Shown here: in pieces, positions 39,271 to 52,289 of the stretch
Position numbering within the stretch: position 1 is the first letter of the stretch
How the letters are laid out: every line of letters starts with the position of its first letter
Source: Leucoraja ocellata
Taxonomy: Eukaryota
DNA length: 64,000 nt
Direction of reading: 5' to 3'
Assembly: GCA_036785375.1 (NCBI GenBank)
Contig: JAWMAR010000252.1
Coordinates: 186,001-250,000 of the forward strand
Position numbers and translations under genes: made by a program
The notes under the pieces: model-generated
The model's input: only the letters and a program-made list of their open reading frames with translations
Databases searched by the model: none
Told to the model about the DNA's origin: nothing

Positions 39271-41613
39271 AGGAGGGATCAAAAGTGGGTAAATGCTGGA
39301 GGGTATAAGCAGAAGAGTGTGGTGATCATGAGGAATTATAGGGGCTGGAGAAGATTACAATAAATAAAAGCCATAAGAGGGAGAGATTGGAAAACTGGGA
39401 AATGCATGTTAAAATTGTGATGTTGCCAGGATGAAAGTCAATGGACCCAGTTACATGGAGGAAATTAGAGCTTTGAGCAGCATGTAAAACCAGGTAATGC
39501 TGGAAACACTCAGCAAGTTAAACAGTGTTTACCTAATTTATTCAATCGATTTCCCTTCCATCGTGTCCAGCTTGCCTGACCTGCTGAATTTCCAGCCTTT
39601 TCTGTTCTTATTTCAGGTTCTCAGTATCCACGTTTAGGTACTGATTTTCAATTTTAGTAGCATGTTTTTTAATGGATATTGAACTAACCCACTGTTGGTA
39701 AATTTACTGGAGAGGAGTCCGGGAAACATAATGTATCTGCATTTGGAAAGGTAAGGATTGATTAGAGATAGTCAGGTGGGCATGGCTTTGTGCAAGGGAA
39801 ATCATATCCCCAAAAATCGATTGTTTTTTTTTAAAAGGTGACCAAGAGAAGTGATGAAGACAGAGTAGTATATGTTGTCTACACGGACATTAGCTGGTCC
39901 AGAAGTTTACATCACATAGGGTCTACAGTATGTTGCCCAATTGAATACAAAATTAGCTAGATGGTAGGTTGGAGAGTGGTAGTATAGATGTTCAGAGATA
40001 GTCAGAGGTGACACTATTATTGGTGGTATAATGGGCAGTGACAATGGTTATCTAAGATTACAGCAGGATCCAGAACAACTAATTATCTCTCTACATCGCT
40101 GTCTATATCTCTTGTTTCCCATTCCCTTGTCTGAAGAATGTCTCGACCCGAAATGTCACCTATTCCTTCTCTCCAGAGATGCTGCCTGTCCCGCTGAGTT
40201 ATTGCTGAATTTTGCATCTATCTTCGGTTTAAACCAGCATTTGCAGTTTCTTCCTACACATTTCACCTGTTCCACTGCAAAATCTTCTCAAGGTGATTTC
40301 TCTCCAGAGATGCTGCCTGTCCCATTGAGTTGCTCCAATATTTTGTATCTATCTTTGGTTAATTGTAGCAATCTGTTCCATTGGTTCAAAATATTCTCTG
40401 GAAAGGAAGAATTTCTTGATGGTCAATCTGACGCTGCCCTTCCATAAATTTAAAGCATGGTCCTCAGTCAAATATTAATCTATTCATTTGAACCTGATCG
40501 CATTTCAATATTTTATATCTCAAATTCCCAGATTCTGAGCTTCTCTACAGCATGCAAACCCTTTATTTACAGCTAATCTCAAAGCTTAATTGCAGAAACC
40601 TCCATTACTCTTTTAGAAAAATCCCTTTGAGCAAATAGCCTGGGGAAGAGTTACAATCACTAGCAACTCAAAGTCATTTAAAAAATACTGATCCGAGTCG
40701 GAATCAATACCTTCCGTTTTGGCTTTTGAATAGTCTTAATTCATATGTTTACCCTTTGCTTCTCTCAGTATTCCAAAACTCCCATGTAGGAGTTGACAGA
40801 GAATGGATAAAACTGACACAGTTCAATTCAAACTTGCCCCAAAAGATCATGAACGAAAAATGTATGGGTGACTAAGCCATTATATTATTCTTGTAAAAGA
40901 CACTCTGTTTTTCTGCCTCCTCTTCTGCATAAATGTAAACTTGTTTCCATCTAGTCATATCCTGGATGTCCATGCATAGCAACACACTGCACTTGGCTAT
41001 CTTGTCTTTATGTGCAGTTCCCTTTCCAAGATTTTAGGTTCTTCCAGTAGTCTATCAGTTGGTGTTGGATTAGAGTAGTTTGTTTGTCATACGATGATGT
41101 TGACACCTGCTGAATGTCAGATGTTGACCTTATTTATCCTTGTAAAAAGGGTAAGAAGTATGAAACTTTGCCTCACAGTGGAGGCATCTAAAACTAGAAT
41201 TTAGTAATCAGGGTTTAATCTTAAGGTGTAAGAGGTTTAAAAGGGACATATGTATTTTTACCCAGAGGTGGTTGGAATCAAGAAGCAGTTGAGTGGGAAG
41301 CCAACATTGAAGAAGTAAATAGATGATTACCTGCCAAAACATAGAAGGCACTGAACTAAATGAGATTAGTCCTCGATGGTTTCTATGGGCCTGGTTGGAA
41401 AAAAGGTCTATTTCTGTGCTGTGTGACTGACTTGGTCCAATGCTTTATTCAAGTGGACTCCTCACAAATCTAATTAGCTAGGACTCAGGACTAATCTGCA
41501 GGAAGACCAGCTTCAACAATAAGAGAAATGCTTTCAACAAATTCTTGGAAGATCGATTTAAGATTTTGTGGAGAATGAACTACATTGACTGCTGAAAAAC
41601 GAACTGACCAGTG

Positions 41614-42017
41614 TGTAGTAGCCATTTAGCGTAACTCAGTATGTTATAAACTATAACCAGTTACCTTTAAATTTTATCTGCCTGTAATTATGCGAGTGGG
41701 ATTTATTATGAAGTTGGAGGCGTGTTCGTGGCTGAGATTTGTGCGCAGACGCTTGTATTTTTAGTTTTAGTTTTTGAAGAAGCATGGGGGAGAAGGCACA
41801 GCTTTCAATCATGCCAGAGTGTGACCATGCCGGAGTTTGACCATGTACGAGTTTGACTACGAGTAAGATCAAAATGTACTTAAACAAGAAGAAGTTTGGA
41901 TGAATATCTCACTGTTTTTACTACGACAATAAAGAAACTATCAATTAAGAGACTGGGTTTTGAAGATTTATCTTTGAATGACTTTGAATATGTTGTGGAG
42001 AGCTCGCATGTGTAACA
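41614..42017 (+). mobile_element. Probable 5' LTR of a BEL/Pao element
   Basis: TGT...ACA termini and AATAAA near 41928; ends exactly where homology with the second BEL internal copy begins. No canonical PBS seen. Confidence 0.55.
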
Positions 42018-44257
42018 AAGCTATCTCCTTACCCCTGTCTTCAATCATAGTGGCTAGAGGAAAAAATTCCTTGAACGATATAATAATCTGCCACTACATC
42101 TAATCGAAAGCTACCTTACAGACAGGAGGTAGAAGATTGGTCCCATAGAAGAGGGTCAGAAGATTGGGCTGGATCTCTGAAGAGAGATTACTGCCAGAAG
42201 AATTATTTCCAGAAGAGAAACTGAAGACTGGTTCCTTGCAAGAGGAACTGAAGGAAATAGATCTCAGCCAGAGATTGGCTAAGAGATTTAGAGTCTACCT
42301 GACCGGTAGGTTAATGGAAAGCCGCATGACTTATCTGAAGATTGAAAACTTCACCACAAAATCAACACTCAGCAGAATGTTTATCAATAGTGACTGAAGC
42401 GAACTGAAGAGGCCCTGTTTGTCCAATTGTCCAAGACCTGTTTAAATCCTTGAAGCAAGTTGGAGCAGGTGAGTCAGAGGAGCCACAAGGTGGCGGAGAG
42501 AGGCCAAGATATGAGAAGAGACAAGTTAAACTCACCAAAAAGGCCCGAGTTGCATTTCTGAAAGAAAGCCAGAAGGAGAGAAGCAAGTTATGGAAGAAGA
42601 TGGTGAAGTTATTTGAAATCCAGAAGGAACTAATGGAATCAGATGAGAACGTGAACAAAGTGCAATCTAATCGGGGGCAACTATTCAGCCTTGGTAAAGA
42701 AGTTGGAGATAAACAAAAGGCACTGCTGGATTCACAGCCGCCTCAGGAAGAAGGCGAAAGATACACCCAATGGTTCAAAGAAAAGGTGAAGTTATTTGAT
42801 GATTCTATGGAAGATGTGAAAAGATGGTTAGCTGAAGTTGAACAAAGAACCGAGTGTGTTATTGAAGGAGATGCTATGCAACAAGGTGCTGAAATGGAAG
42901 AGGAGATTACACCGCATGATGGTATCTCAAATGTATCTACACTAAGATTAAGACATGAATCTGGTTCTATAGCCAGTTCAGTGTCAAGGACCTCTGCACG
43001 AATGGAAGTTGAAGCTGATCTAGTCGCTCTCTCAATAAAGCGGATGCCTTGGAGAAGAAACATGAGATTGAGCGACAAGAAGAACAGCTGAAAGAAGAGA
43101 TGAGGCGACAAGAAGAACAGCTGAGGCAACGAAAAGAACAGCTGGAACTAGCCACAAAGTTGGCAGTTGTCAAATCGAAGAAGGAGATAATGGAAAGTGA
43201 GGGTTCAAGATACGGCTCGAAAGAATCTGATGGGATGAGCTCTTATTCCAGAAAAGAAACTGCTCAAAAGGAAACAACAGCTAAATCAAATCCGCAGCCA
43301 GAGGATATCCGGCCTCGTGACTCAGAACTAGCACGTATCCAGTTGATAGGTGACAAAGCTTCATCTAGGCAACTGGGTGCTAGACCGAAGCAAAGTACTT
43401 ATGGAGTGTCTGTCGAGGCTCGGGACAAACCAGCAACTCAGTATCCCTTTCTGAGGCCTGATACACAGGCTCAAGCTAGCCATATTTCTGAGGCCTGTTT
43501 ATCATCTGTTTGTGCCAACCAAGGATCTCAAGGTGAACTCTTTGAATTGGCGGAGAATGAAGCTGAATTCAACAAGCTCATAGGACTACAAAATCTCTCT
43601 TCCACCCTACCACCAATAGAAATTCCTAGATATGATGGTGATCCTTTGCGGTTTGAAGCTTTCATAATGGCGTTTAACAAAGTAGTAGAAATGAAAATTA
43701 CTGATAAAAAAGAGCGCTTACGATTTCTGGTGCATTACACAAGCTGAAATTCTAAGGCTTGTAGAAAGTTGTCTAAATAGGCCTGAAAGCCAAGGCTGTC
43801 GAGAGGCAAGAAAGTTACTTAAACAACATTATGGTAATGAACAGAGGATTGCTAATGCATACATGAAGGCCTATGCTTGGAAAGATATCAAGTCAAAATG
43901 TGTAGGCATTAAGTGAGTTTGCGATATTGCTTAGAGGTTGTTGTAGATCGATGAATAATCTCGACCACACGGAGGAAATGAATCTGCTTAGTAATACTAG
44001 ATCCATCATTCTAAAACTGCCCTTTAGACTTAGAGAAAAGTGGATAGATAAAGCAGGCCAGATAATGGAAACGAAGAATTGAGTTGCCATGTTACCAGAC
44101 CTGGCGGATTTCTTGGAAAGGGAAGTACGGTTCATGTTAGATCCACACCACGGGAGTATTCAAGATCACAAAACCAATTGCAACTGTCAAAGGTTCTACC
44201 TTTACTAAAACTAAAGGAAGATCAGGACCTAAGGGAGGTAGTTTTGCTACCGCTATA
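42018..44257 (+). mobile_element. BEL/Pao retrotransposon internal region (leader and frameshifted gag), 3'-truncated
   Basis: Coiled-coil ORFs 42450-43747, then LPPIEIPRYDGDPLRFEAFIMAF...KERLRFLVHYT and IILKLPFRLREKW...LADFLERE..DP (DUF1759-type Pao gag). Confidence 0.85.
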
Positions 44258-45552
44258 ATCATCACCTCCATGTGGTTGAAATTTTTCATCGAGTTACAAC
44301 AACCTCTAAGAAATATCGCAAACTCATTTAATGCCTACACATCTTCTGACTTGATATCTTTCCAAGCATACGCCTTCTCCATGTATGCGTTAGCAATCCT
44401 CTGTTCGTTACCATAATGTTCTTTAAGTAACTTGATAGCCTTGCCTCTTGATAGCCTTGGCTTTCAGGCCTATTTATTCAACTTTCTACAAGTACTTTAG
44501 CATTTCTGCTTGTCTAATACAGCAGAAATCGTAAGTGCTCTTTTTTATCAGTAATTTTCATTTCTACTACTTTGTAAAATGCCATTATGAAAGCTTCAAA
44601 CCGCAAAGGATCACCATCATATCTATGAATTTATTTTGATGTTAGGGTGAAAGAGAGATTTCTTTTAGCTATGAGTCTGTTGAATTCAGCTTGATTCTTC
44701 GCCAATTCAAGGAAGCCATCTTGAGATCCTTGGCTTGGCACAAACAAATGATAGACAGGCCTCTGATAATCATACTGGCTTGCTCGAGCCTATGTATCAG
44801 GCCTTGGAAAAGCGTACTGAGTTGTTGGTTTGTCCCGAGCCTCGACAGACGCCCATATGTACTGTGCTTCGGTCTAGCACCCAGCTGCTGAGATGAAGTT
44901 TTATCTGCCCGCCACTGTTCCAATGGGTGTTTAAAGCCATGAAATTTGGTGATCCTCGGTTGTGAAATTGATCTCCATTTGAGCAGTTCTTCCTCCCAAA
45001 CAAGAGTTCTTCCCATGTTTCTTCTCTAAGGCATCCGCTTCTATTGAGAGAGCAATTAGATCAGCTTCAACTTCCATTCGAGCAGAGGCCCTTGATGCTG
45101 AATTGGCTATAGAACCACATTTATGTCCTAATCTTCGTGTAGATACATTCGGGATACTTTCTTGTGGTGTCATCTCTTCTTCCATTTCAGCATCTTGTTG
45201 CATAGCTCTTTCAACTGTAGAGTGCATATGTTGTGGTACAATTTCAGATAACCACACCTCCACCACTTCGATGAATCCATCTAAAAACTCAGTTTTCTCT
45301 TGAAACCCACCAATGACGAGTGGCTTTTCCCGGCCTCATGGCAGAGGTTGATTAATTGAAACAGATTAGATTGTACTTTCTTCACGTTCTCATCTTATTC
45401 CATTAGTTTCTTCTGGTTTTCAATTGATTTGGTAAACTGTTTCCATAAGTTGTTTCTCTCCTTCTGGGTTTCTTTCAGGTAGGCAACTCGGGCCTTACCT
45501 GCTTCTTCTCGATAAATGAGTTCTCTGTAGCTTTTAATTGACTTGTTAACTT

Positions 45553-48500
45553 TTTATTTTATTTATTTTATTAGAAGTGAGTACAATGCATTGGTACAAA
45601 AATTATGTTAACATATTACATTCTATGTACAACTTCCCTTTTTTTTAAAGAGAGAAGTGAGAAAAGAGAGAACAAAAAGAGGGTGTAAAAAGTGAAGAAT
45701 AGACTAGTGAGCGTGAGTGAAAAACAGATCAAGAAAAAGTGAAAGAGAAGGAATAAGTGAAGAAGGAAAGCAGGAGGGATATTATTCAATCGTCACAATG
45801 AGATGATTTTTTAAAATATTCTAAATCATCTTTCACCCATACCCGAAACTTTTAGTTTTCATAATACTATGTCACCACATGAATCCAAGAAATCAATAAA
45901 TGGGGACCAACCCCTTAAGAATTGGTCTTGTTTGTCTATTAGGAGCAGTCTCATTTCTTCCAAATGTGCTGTGTCCAGCATATTACTAATCCACATTTTA
46001 AATGTTGGTATATTAGCATTTTTCCAAAATTTAAGTATGTGTTTTGTTATTAACCCATAATTGAAAAATGAGTTTTGGTGTGTATTTAATTTGTTCCCAT
46101 CTCCACTTACTCCAAATATAATCATTTCAGTATTAGGTTCCATTTTTGTCTTAAATAGCTTTGAGAATATATCAAATATGTCACACCAAAATTTATAAAG
46201 TTTTGTACAAGAGACAAATGAGTGCGTAATATTGGCATTTTGAGAAAGACATTTATCACAAATGGGAGAAATATTTGGATAAAATTTATTCAACCTAGTT
46301 TTGGAATAATATAATCTATGTAATATTTTAAATTGAATTAAATTATGTCTAGCGTTGATCGAACATTTATGTATATGTATCAAATATTTTTCCCATGTTT
46401 CTTTTGAGATTTTTATCATTAATTATTTTTCCCAGTCTTCTCTCATTGCCTCTGTTGATTGTAATTCTATGTTTAAAATACTGTTGTACAAGTATAATAT
46501 TAATTTTTTTGACTCCGCCTTGATATTCATTGCTTCTTCCAGTGGGTCTAAAATTATACTTTGGAATCTTGGTATATATTTCTTCATAAAGTCACATACC
46601 TGTAGGTATTTAAAATATTGATTGGTATTCAATTTAAATTTAAATTTTAGCTGTTGAAATGAAAATACTTTTCCCAATACATACAAATCACCTACCTTTT
46701 TAATTCCCACTTTTTCCCATTGTTTATATGTTTTATCCATACCAGATTGTTTAAATACTGGGTTATTCACTATTGGTGTTAGCACTGATAAATTTCTTAA
46801 TTTTAAAGTTAATTTTCTTTGTTTCCAGATTTGTATTGTATTTTGTATAATTGGATTCTTCTTATATAACATATTATTCAGCTTTATTGGGGAAAAGATG
46901 ATTGCTCCTAGATCGTAGGGGGCGCAATCCTCTTTCTCCATTCTTATCCATTCCAACTGTTGAGCAGAACTGTCCAACCAATAAATTATATTCTTAATAT
47001 GTACTGCCCAATAATAGTATAGAAAATTAGGTAGTGCAAACCCCCCCACCTCTTTGGGTTTGCACAAGTGATTTATTTTAATTCTATGTGCTTTATAATC
47101 CCAAATAAAGTTAAAAATATTCTAGTCTAATTTTTTTTTTAAGTGTTTTGGTATATATATCGGTATAGATTGGAATAAATATATTATTTGTGGTAGCACT
47201 ATCATTTTTATAGCGTTTATTCTGCCGATTAGTGATAGTGGGAGCGTTCTCCAAAATTTAATCAGGGAATCAAATTTATTTAATAATGGTATAAAATTAG
47301 CATTAAGTAATGATTTATATCTTCTAGTAACTTGAATACCCAGATACTTATTTTTTTCCGTTGCAATTTTAAATGGAAATTTTAATAGGTGATTCGCTTT
47401 CTGGGGTTTTAATGACATAATTTAACTTTTATTCCAATTTATTCTATAACTGGAGAAAGAGCCAAATTCCTCTATTAGATTTAATAGATTTGGGATGCTC
47501 GTTTGGGAGTTTGTAATATATAAAAGTATATCATCTGCATATAGTGATATTTTATTACTAGTATCCTTAGTATTATATCCTTGAATATCTGGATGCCTTC
47601 TTATCCTTTCAGCAAGTGGCTCTATCATAAGTGCAAATAGCAAGGGTGATAAAACACAGCCCTGCCTATTGCCCCTCGATAATTGAATTTTTGAAGATAA
47701 TATATTATTTGTTAGTATTCTTGCCATTGGTTTATCATATAGTAATTTAACCCATCTCATAAAATTCTCTCCCATATTAAATTTTTGGAGTACTTTGTAT
47801 AAATACTGCCATTCTACCTGATCAAATGCTTTCTCTGCATCCAGAGATATAACTGATAAGTCTTCCTTTTCCGTTTTGTATGAATACATTATATTAAAAA
47901 GTCGTCTCAAATTGTTAGATGATTGTCTTTTAGGTATAAAGCCCGTTTGGTCCGGATTTATCAATTTATTAATATATTTACTCAATCTTCTTGCTAAAGT
48001 TCTAGCTAAAATTTTCTGATCTGTATTTAGGAGTGATATGGCTCTATATGAGCCCGGCTCTTCTAAGTCCTTATCATTTTTAGGTATTAACGTAATTGTG
48101 GATTCGGCTAATGTTTCTGGTAATTTATTTTCAGTAAAGGCATACATATATAATTTAAATAACCGTGGTACCATTAACTCCTGGAAACCTTTATAGAATT
48201 CATTATTAAAACCATCTGGTCCTGGTGTTTTCCCATTTTTCAGCTCTTTTATTGTTTCACATTTCTTCCCTTGTGATCTGTGCTCCTAATTCCTCTTGTT
48301 CCAAAATATCCAATTTTGGCAGATTACAATTATCTAAAAAATCTACAATTATATTGTCTTCTATTTTAATTTTAGACGTATATAAGTTTTAATAAAATTG
48401 GGCAAACATTTTATTAATATCCTGGGGTAACGTTAATAGTTCCCCATTCTTTGATTTGATTTTAGTAATAGTCTTTTCCTTCTCCTGTTTCTTCAATTGT

Positions 48501-49352
48501 CTAGCCAGAAGTTTATGTGGTTTATCACCAAATTCAAACTGTGCCTGTTTTGTGATCTGAAATAATCTTATTACTCTTGCCGATAATATTCAATTAAGTT
48601 TAAATTTCAATAATGTGATCTTGTTATGTTTATCTATAGTTGGGTCTTTTGCGTTATCTAATTCTAATATTTTAATTTCCTTTTCTAAAGTCTTTTGATC
48701 TATGGAGTTCTTTTTATTTTGGTAACTTTGATATGAGTTTATAATTCCACGTATAAATGCCTTAAAAAATTCCCATAATAAAGATGGTGAAATGCCTGGT
48801 GTCTCATTTGTATCAAAAAATAATTTCATTTGTTGTTTTAAATACTCATAACCTTGTGGATTATTAATTAACTGTGTATTAAATCTCCAAAACGATTTTA
48901 TACCTGGTGTTCCCTCTAGTTTTAAAGTAAAGGTCAATGGTGAGTGATCAGAAATAATACTATTGTGATATTTAGGGTTAATCGTATAAGGAATTAATTT
49001 TGTATCCACTAAGAAATAATCAATTCTTGAATAAGTTTTATGTACCGCTGCGTAAAATGAGTATTCCCTTCCCATAGGGTTGACTATTCTCCATACATCT
49101 GTTATTTTAGTGTTTTTTATATATATGTTTAAAAATTCACTAGTTTTAGATTTAACCTTACTCTTCCTTACTTTTATTGATTTATCTAAATATGTATCTA
49201 TAACACAATTAAAATCCCCCCCTAATATTACATTTCGGTAATTATACTCATCTATTATATCCGTAATTTTCTTTAAAAATTGGGGGTTATCAAAATTTGG
49301 TAATAAATATTTATCAGAGTCAGTGGTGTAGAATAAATTTCTATTAAAAAGA
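45553..49352 (-). mobile_element. L1-type LINE, 5'-truncated, disrupted ORF2
   Basis: Endonuclease YSRIDYF/SDHSP, RT LDAEKAFD/RQGC/YADD, C-terminal CDKC...HSFVSC, A-rich tail, 17-bp TSD AATTGACTTGTTAACTT (45536-45552, 49353-49369). Confidence 0.95.
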
Positions 49353-49403
49353 AATTGACTTGTTAACTTGATCCCATATCGAGTTTCCCCTCATTCTGGT
49401 ATC

Positions 49404-49480
49404 TTTCCAGGTAAGCTGCTTGTCCTTGGCTTCCAGGTAAGCTGCTTGCCCTTGGCTTCCAGGTAAGCTGCTTGTCCTTC
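49404..49480. repeat. 26-bp tandem repeat, about 3 copies
   Basis: ttccaggtaagctgcttg(t/c)ccttggc repeated within BEL copy 2. Confidence 0.85.
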
Positions 49481-50582
49481 TTCTGGCATACCTTGGCCTC
49501 TTTCCGCCACCTTGTGGCTCCTCTGACTCACCTGCTCCATCTTGCTCCATGGATTTAAACAGGTCTTGGCAGATTGCCAAATCTGCCAATTGGGCAAACG
49601 GGACCTCTTCAGTTTTCTTCAGTCACTATTGATAAACATCGATGCTGAATGTTCCAAAACACCAGATAAGAAACTAAAACAAACTTGACTTTCAGAAAAC
49701 ATCCAAATATTTTTGAAGTATAGAAGTGACTTCATTTCAGAAAGAATGTGTCTTCTCTCAACTTCAAAACAAACCAAGGCCAAACACCTGGATCTTCAGT
49801 CACCTTCTTGCCCTTGGCTGCCTTCCAAACTTAGCAGAACATGCTTCTAATACATTTTCCAGACTCTTAGAGCCTGTACCTTTAGAAAACACAACGTCGA
49901 TCTTTACTTTCACAGACTCTTATTAAGAAGCTGTTCTGAATTAAAGCGCTCCAGCTTTCAAATTCACAGCGTAATACAATAGCTGTTCTACTCACAATTT
50001 CGTGGTGAAGTTTTCCTCCCTTAGATAAGTCGTATGGCTGTCAATAAATCTCAAAGGCAATCCCTGGCTGAGATCTATTTTCTTCAATTCTTCTTCCTCG
50101 GAACCTGTCTTCAGTTCCTCTTTGGAACTAATTCTTCTGGTAGTAATCTCTCTCCAGAGATGCAGCCCAATCTTCTGACCCTCTTCTTTGGGACTAATTC
50201 TTCTACATCCTTTCTGTAAGGTAACTTTCGACTAGATGTAGTGGCAGATTATTATATCGTTCAAGGAATATTCTCCTCTAGCCACTATGATTGAAGACAA
50301 GGGTAAGGAGATAGCTCATCATGACACCTGATATTCTGTTCTGGTGATGTAGTCTGAAGTTCCTGTCACTGGCCAAGGAGCAGCCTGTAACGTTCAAGCC
50401 ATATTGCCCAGTATGTTCCTATTGCATGATCCTGATGAACATAAAACATTTACCCCACTTCTTCCTCCTTCCTGACTGACTGAATATTTACAACATGTTT
50501 TGTTTTCTCTGTAAGCTAAGTCCTAATGTGATTTACAGGGCAGCGGACAACTATTTTTCAGTTGTTTTGCTATTTCTGCCCT

Positions 50583-50601
50583 TTTTCGCCAGAGGGCGCT
50601 A
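50583..50601 (+). promoter_or_regulatory. Candidate CTCF site
   Basis: CGCCAGAGGGCGCTA matches the CTCF core CCASYAGRKGGCRS with mismatches only at the 5' end, in non-repetitive AT-rich DNA. Confidence 0.4.
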
Positions 50602-51136
50602 CATGATTGCTTATACCCAGAGCACTTAAGTGTTTTGTTTGTAGAAATGCAATTAATGTTGAGTCTGAAGAAAGGTGAACAGCTTGCTGTTCCACACACA
50701 TATCAGGCTTTATTCACTGAAATGTGTCGATGACAAAACATCATCAATTTAGAAAGTACACAAAAATGCTGGAGAAACTCAGCCGGTGCAACAGCATCTA
50801 TGGAGCGAAGGAAATAGGCAACGTTTCGGGCCGAAACCCTTCTTCACTTTAGAGCTGTTTCCTCATTGCTCCAGACTATTGCTGATCCCTGAGCCTTCTT
50901 TACCTCTGCTAACTTATCCCAAAATACCTGATTCCCATCATTCCTCTTTAAGACGGGCACTTCATTTAAATCATCACTCTGAGTGTAAAAGGTTCCTCAT
51001 AGTCTGTCTGCGTAGGTGATCTCCTGTCGCCCTGACTACTTTTAATTTAGTTTAGAGGTACAGCATGAAAACTGACTCGTTGGCCCACCATGTCCACACT
51101 GACCACTGACCACCTATTCACGTTAATTCGATATTA

Positions 51137-52074
51137 ACTCCGGAAGTGGTGGCGCTGTTGAACAGCTGCAGCTCGCCTGCAGTCCGTCTGTTTTTACTTT
51201 TTTTGTTATTCTTTTTTGTCTTGTTTTAGTTAAATTTTAGTTTATTAGGTTGTGCTATGTGTGGGGGGGTGAAACATGTTTTCTTGTCTCTTCCTTCGGG
51301 GGAATGCGACTCTTTTTGTCGTATCCCCCTTCTCTGCCTCCGTCTGCGCTGAGGCCTAATGGCTGAGCTGGAGGCCTCCAACTGCGACCGACCTCAAGGC
51401 TCCGGAAGCAGAGCCAGCCAGGACTCACCAACGCTGGCCGAATTCGGAGCTGTGGTGGCGTTCCGGCGTTCCGGTGGCGGCGACCCGACTCGAGGTTGAG
51501 ACGGTGCTCCGGTGGCGGCGGCATGACTCGGGGCTGAGGCGGTGCTCCGGTGGCGGCGGCATGACTCGGGGCTGAGGCGGTGCTCCGGTGGCTGAGGCGG
51601 TGCTCCCATGGCGGTGACCTGAATCCGGGGCTCGGCCGCGGGCCGGTGGACGACATCGTCGGGAGCTCGCAGGTCACAGGCTGGTGACCTGTTTTTACGG
51701 AGCTCCCGCGGCAACAGCTACGTCCACTGGACTGGAGGGCGGCAGCTTCGGCCACCCCGGGCCGCGGAGCTTGAATCGGCCCGTTCGCGGAGCTCGGTTG
51801 AGCCGCGGGACTGACTACCATCGCTCGGTGAGGTAACAACATATCGCCTCTGCACAGAGGGAGAATAAGGAGGGAAGAGACAGTGGCTTTAAGACTTTTG
51901 CCTCCGTCACTGTGAGGAGGTGCCTGGTGAATTCACTGTGGTGGATGTTAATTTGTGTTTATTGTGTGTTTTGTTATTTATTATTATATGTATGACTGCA
52001 GGCAACGAAATTTAGTTCAGACCAAAAGGTTTGAATGACAAATAAAGGAATCTAATCTAATCTAATCTAATCTA
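51137..52074 (+). mobile_element. GC-rich non-autonomous retroposon with (AATCT)n tail, nested in a SINE
   Basis: TSD ATATTA, internal tandem of about 39 bp (ggtgctccggtggcggcggcatgactcggggctgaggc), same ends as the 19060 element. Confidence 0.75.
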
Positions 52075-52289
52075 ATATTATCCAACTTTCTCAATTCCCT
52101 GCAGACTAGGCACAATTTTACTGAGACCAATTATCCGACAAAAACGCGCATCTTTGGGACGTGGGAAGAAACCTATGGGGGTCACAGGGAGAACGTGCAA
52201 ACTCTACACAGACAGCATCCAAGGTCAGGATTGAACCTGGGCTCCTGCCACTGTGAGGCAGCAGTTCTACTAGCTGTGTCACTGGCCCG

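Larger units (their letters stand above)
44260..50316 (-). mobile_element. Second BEL/Pao internal copy, inverted, interrupted by L1
   Basis: 44260-45535 and 49370-50316 are diverged reverse complements of 42018-43980. Confidence 0.85.

Noticed and set aside
49404-49480. CRISPR-like repeat array
   Set aside because: Eukaryotic context, and the repeats are adjacent with no spacers; a simple tandem duplication.
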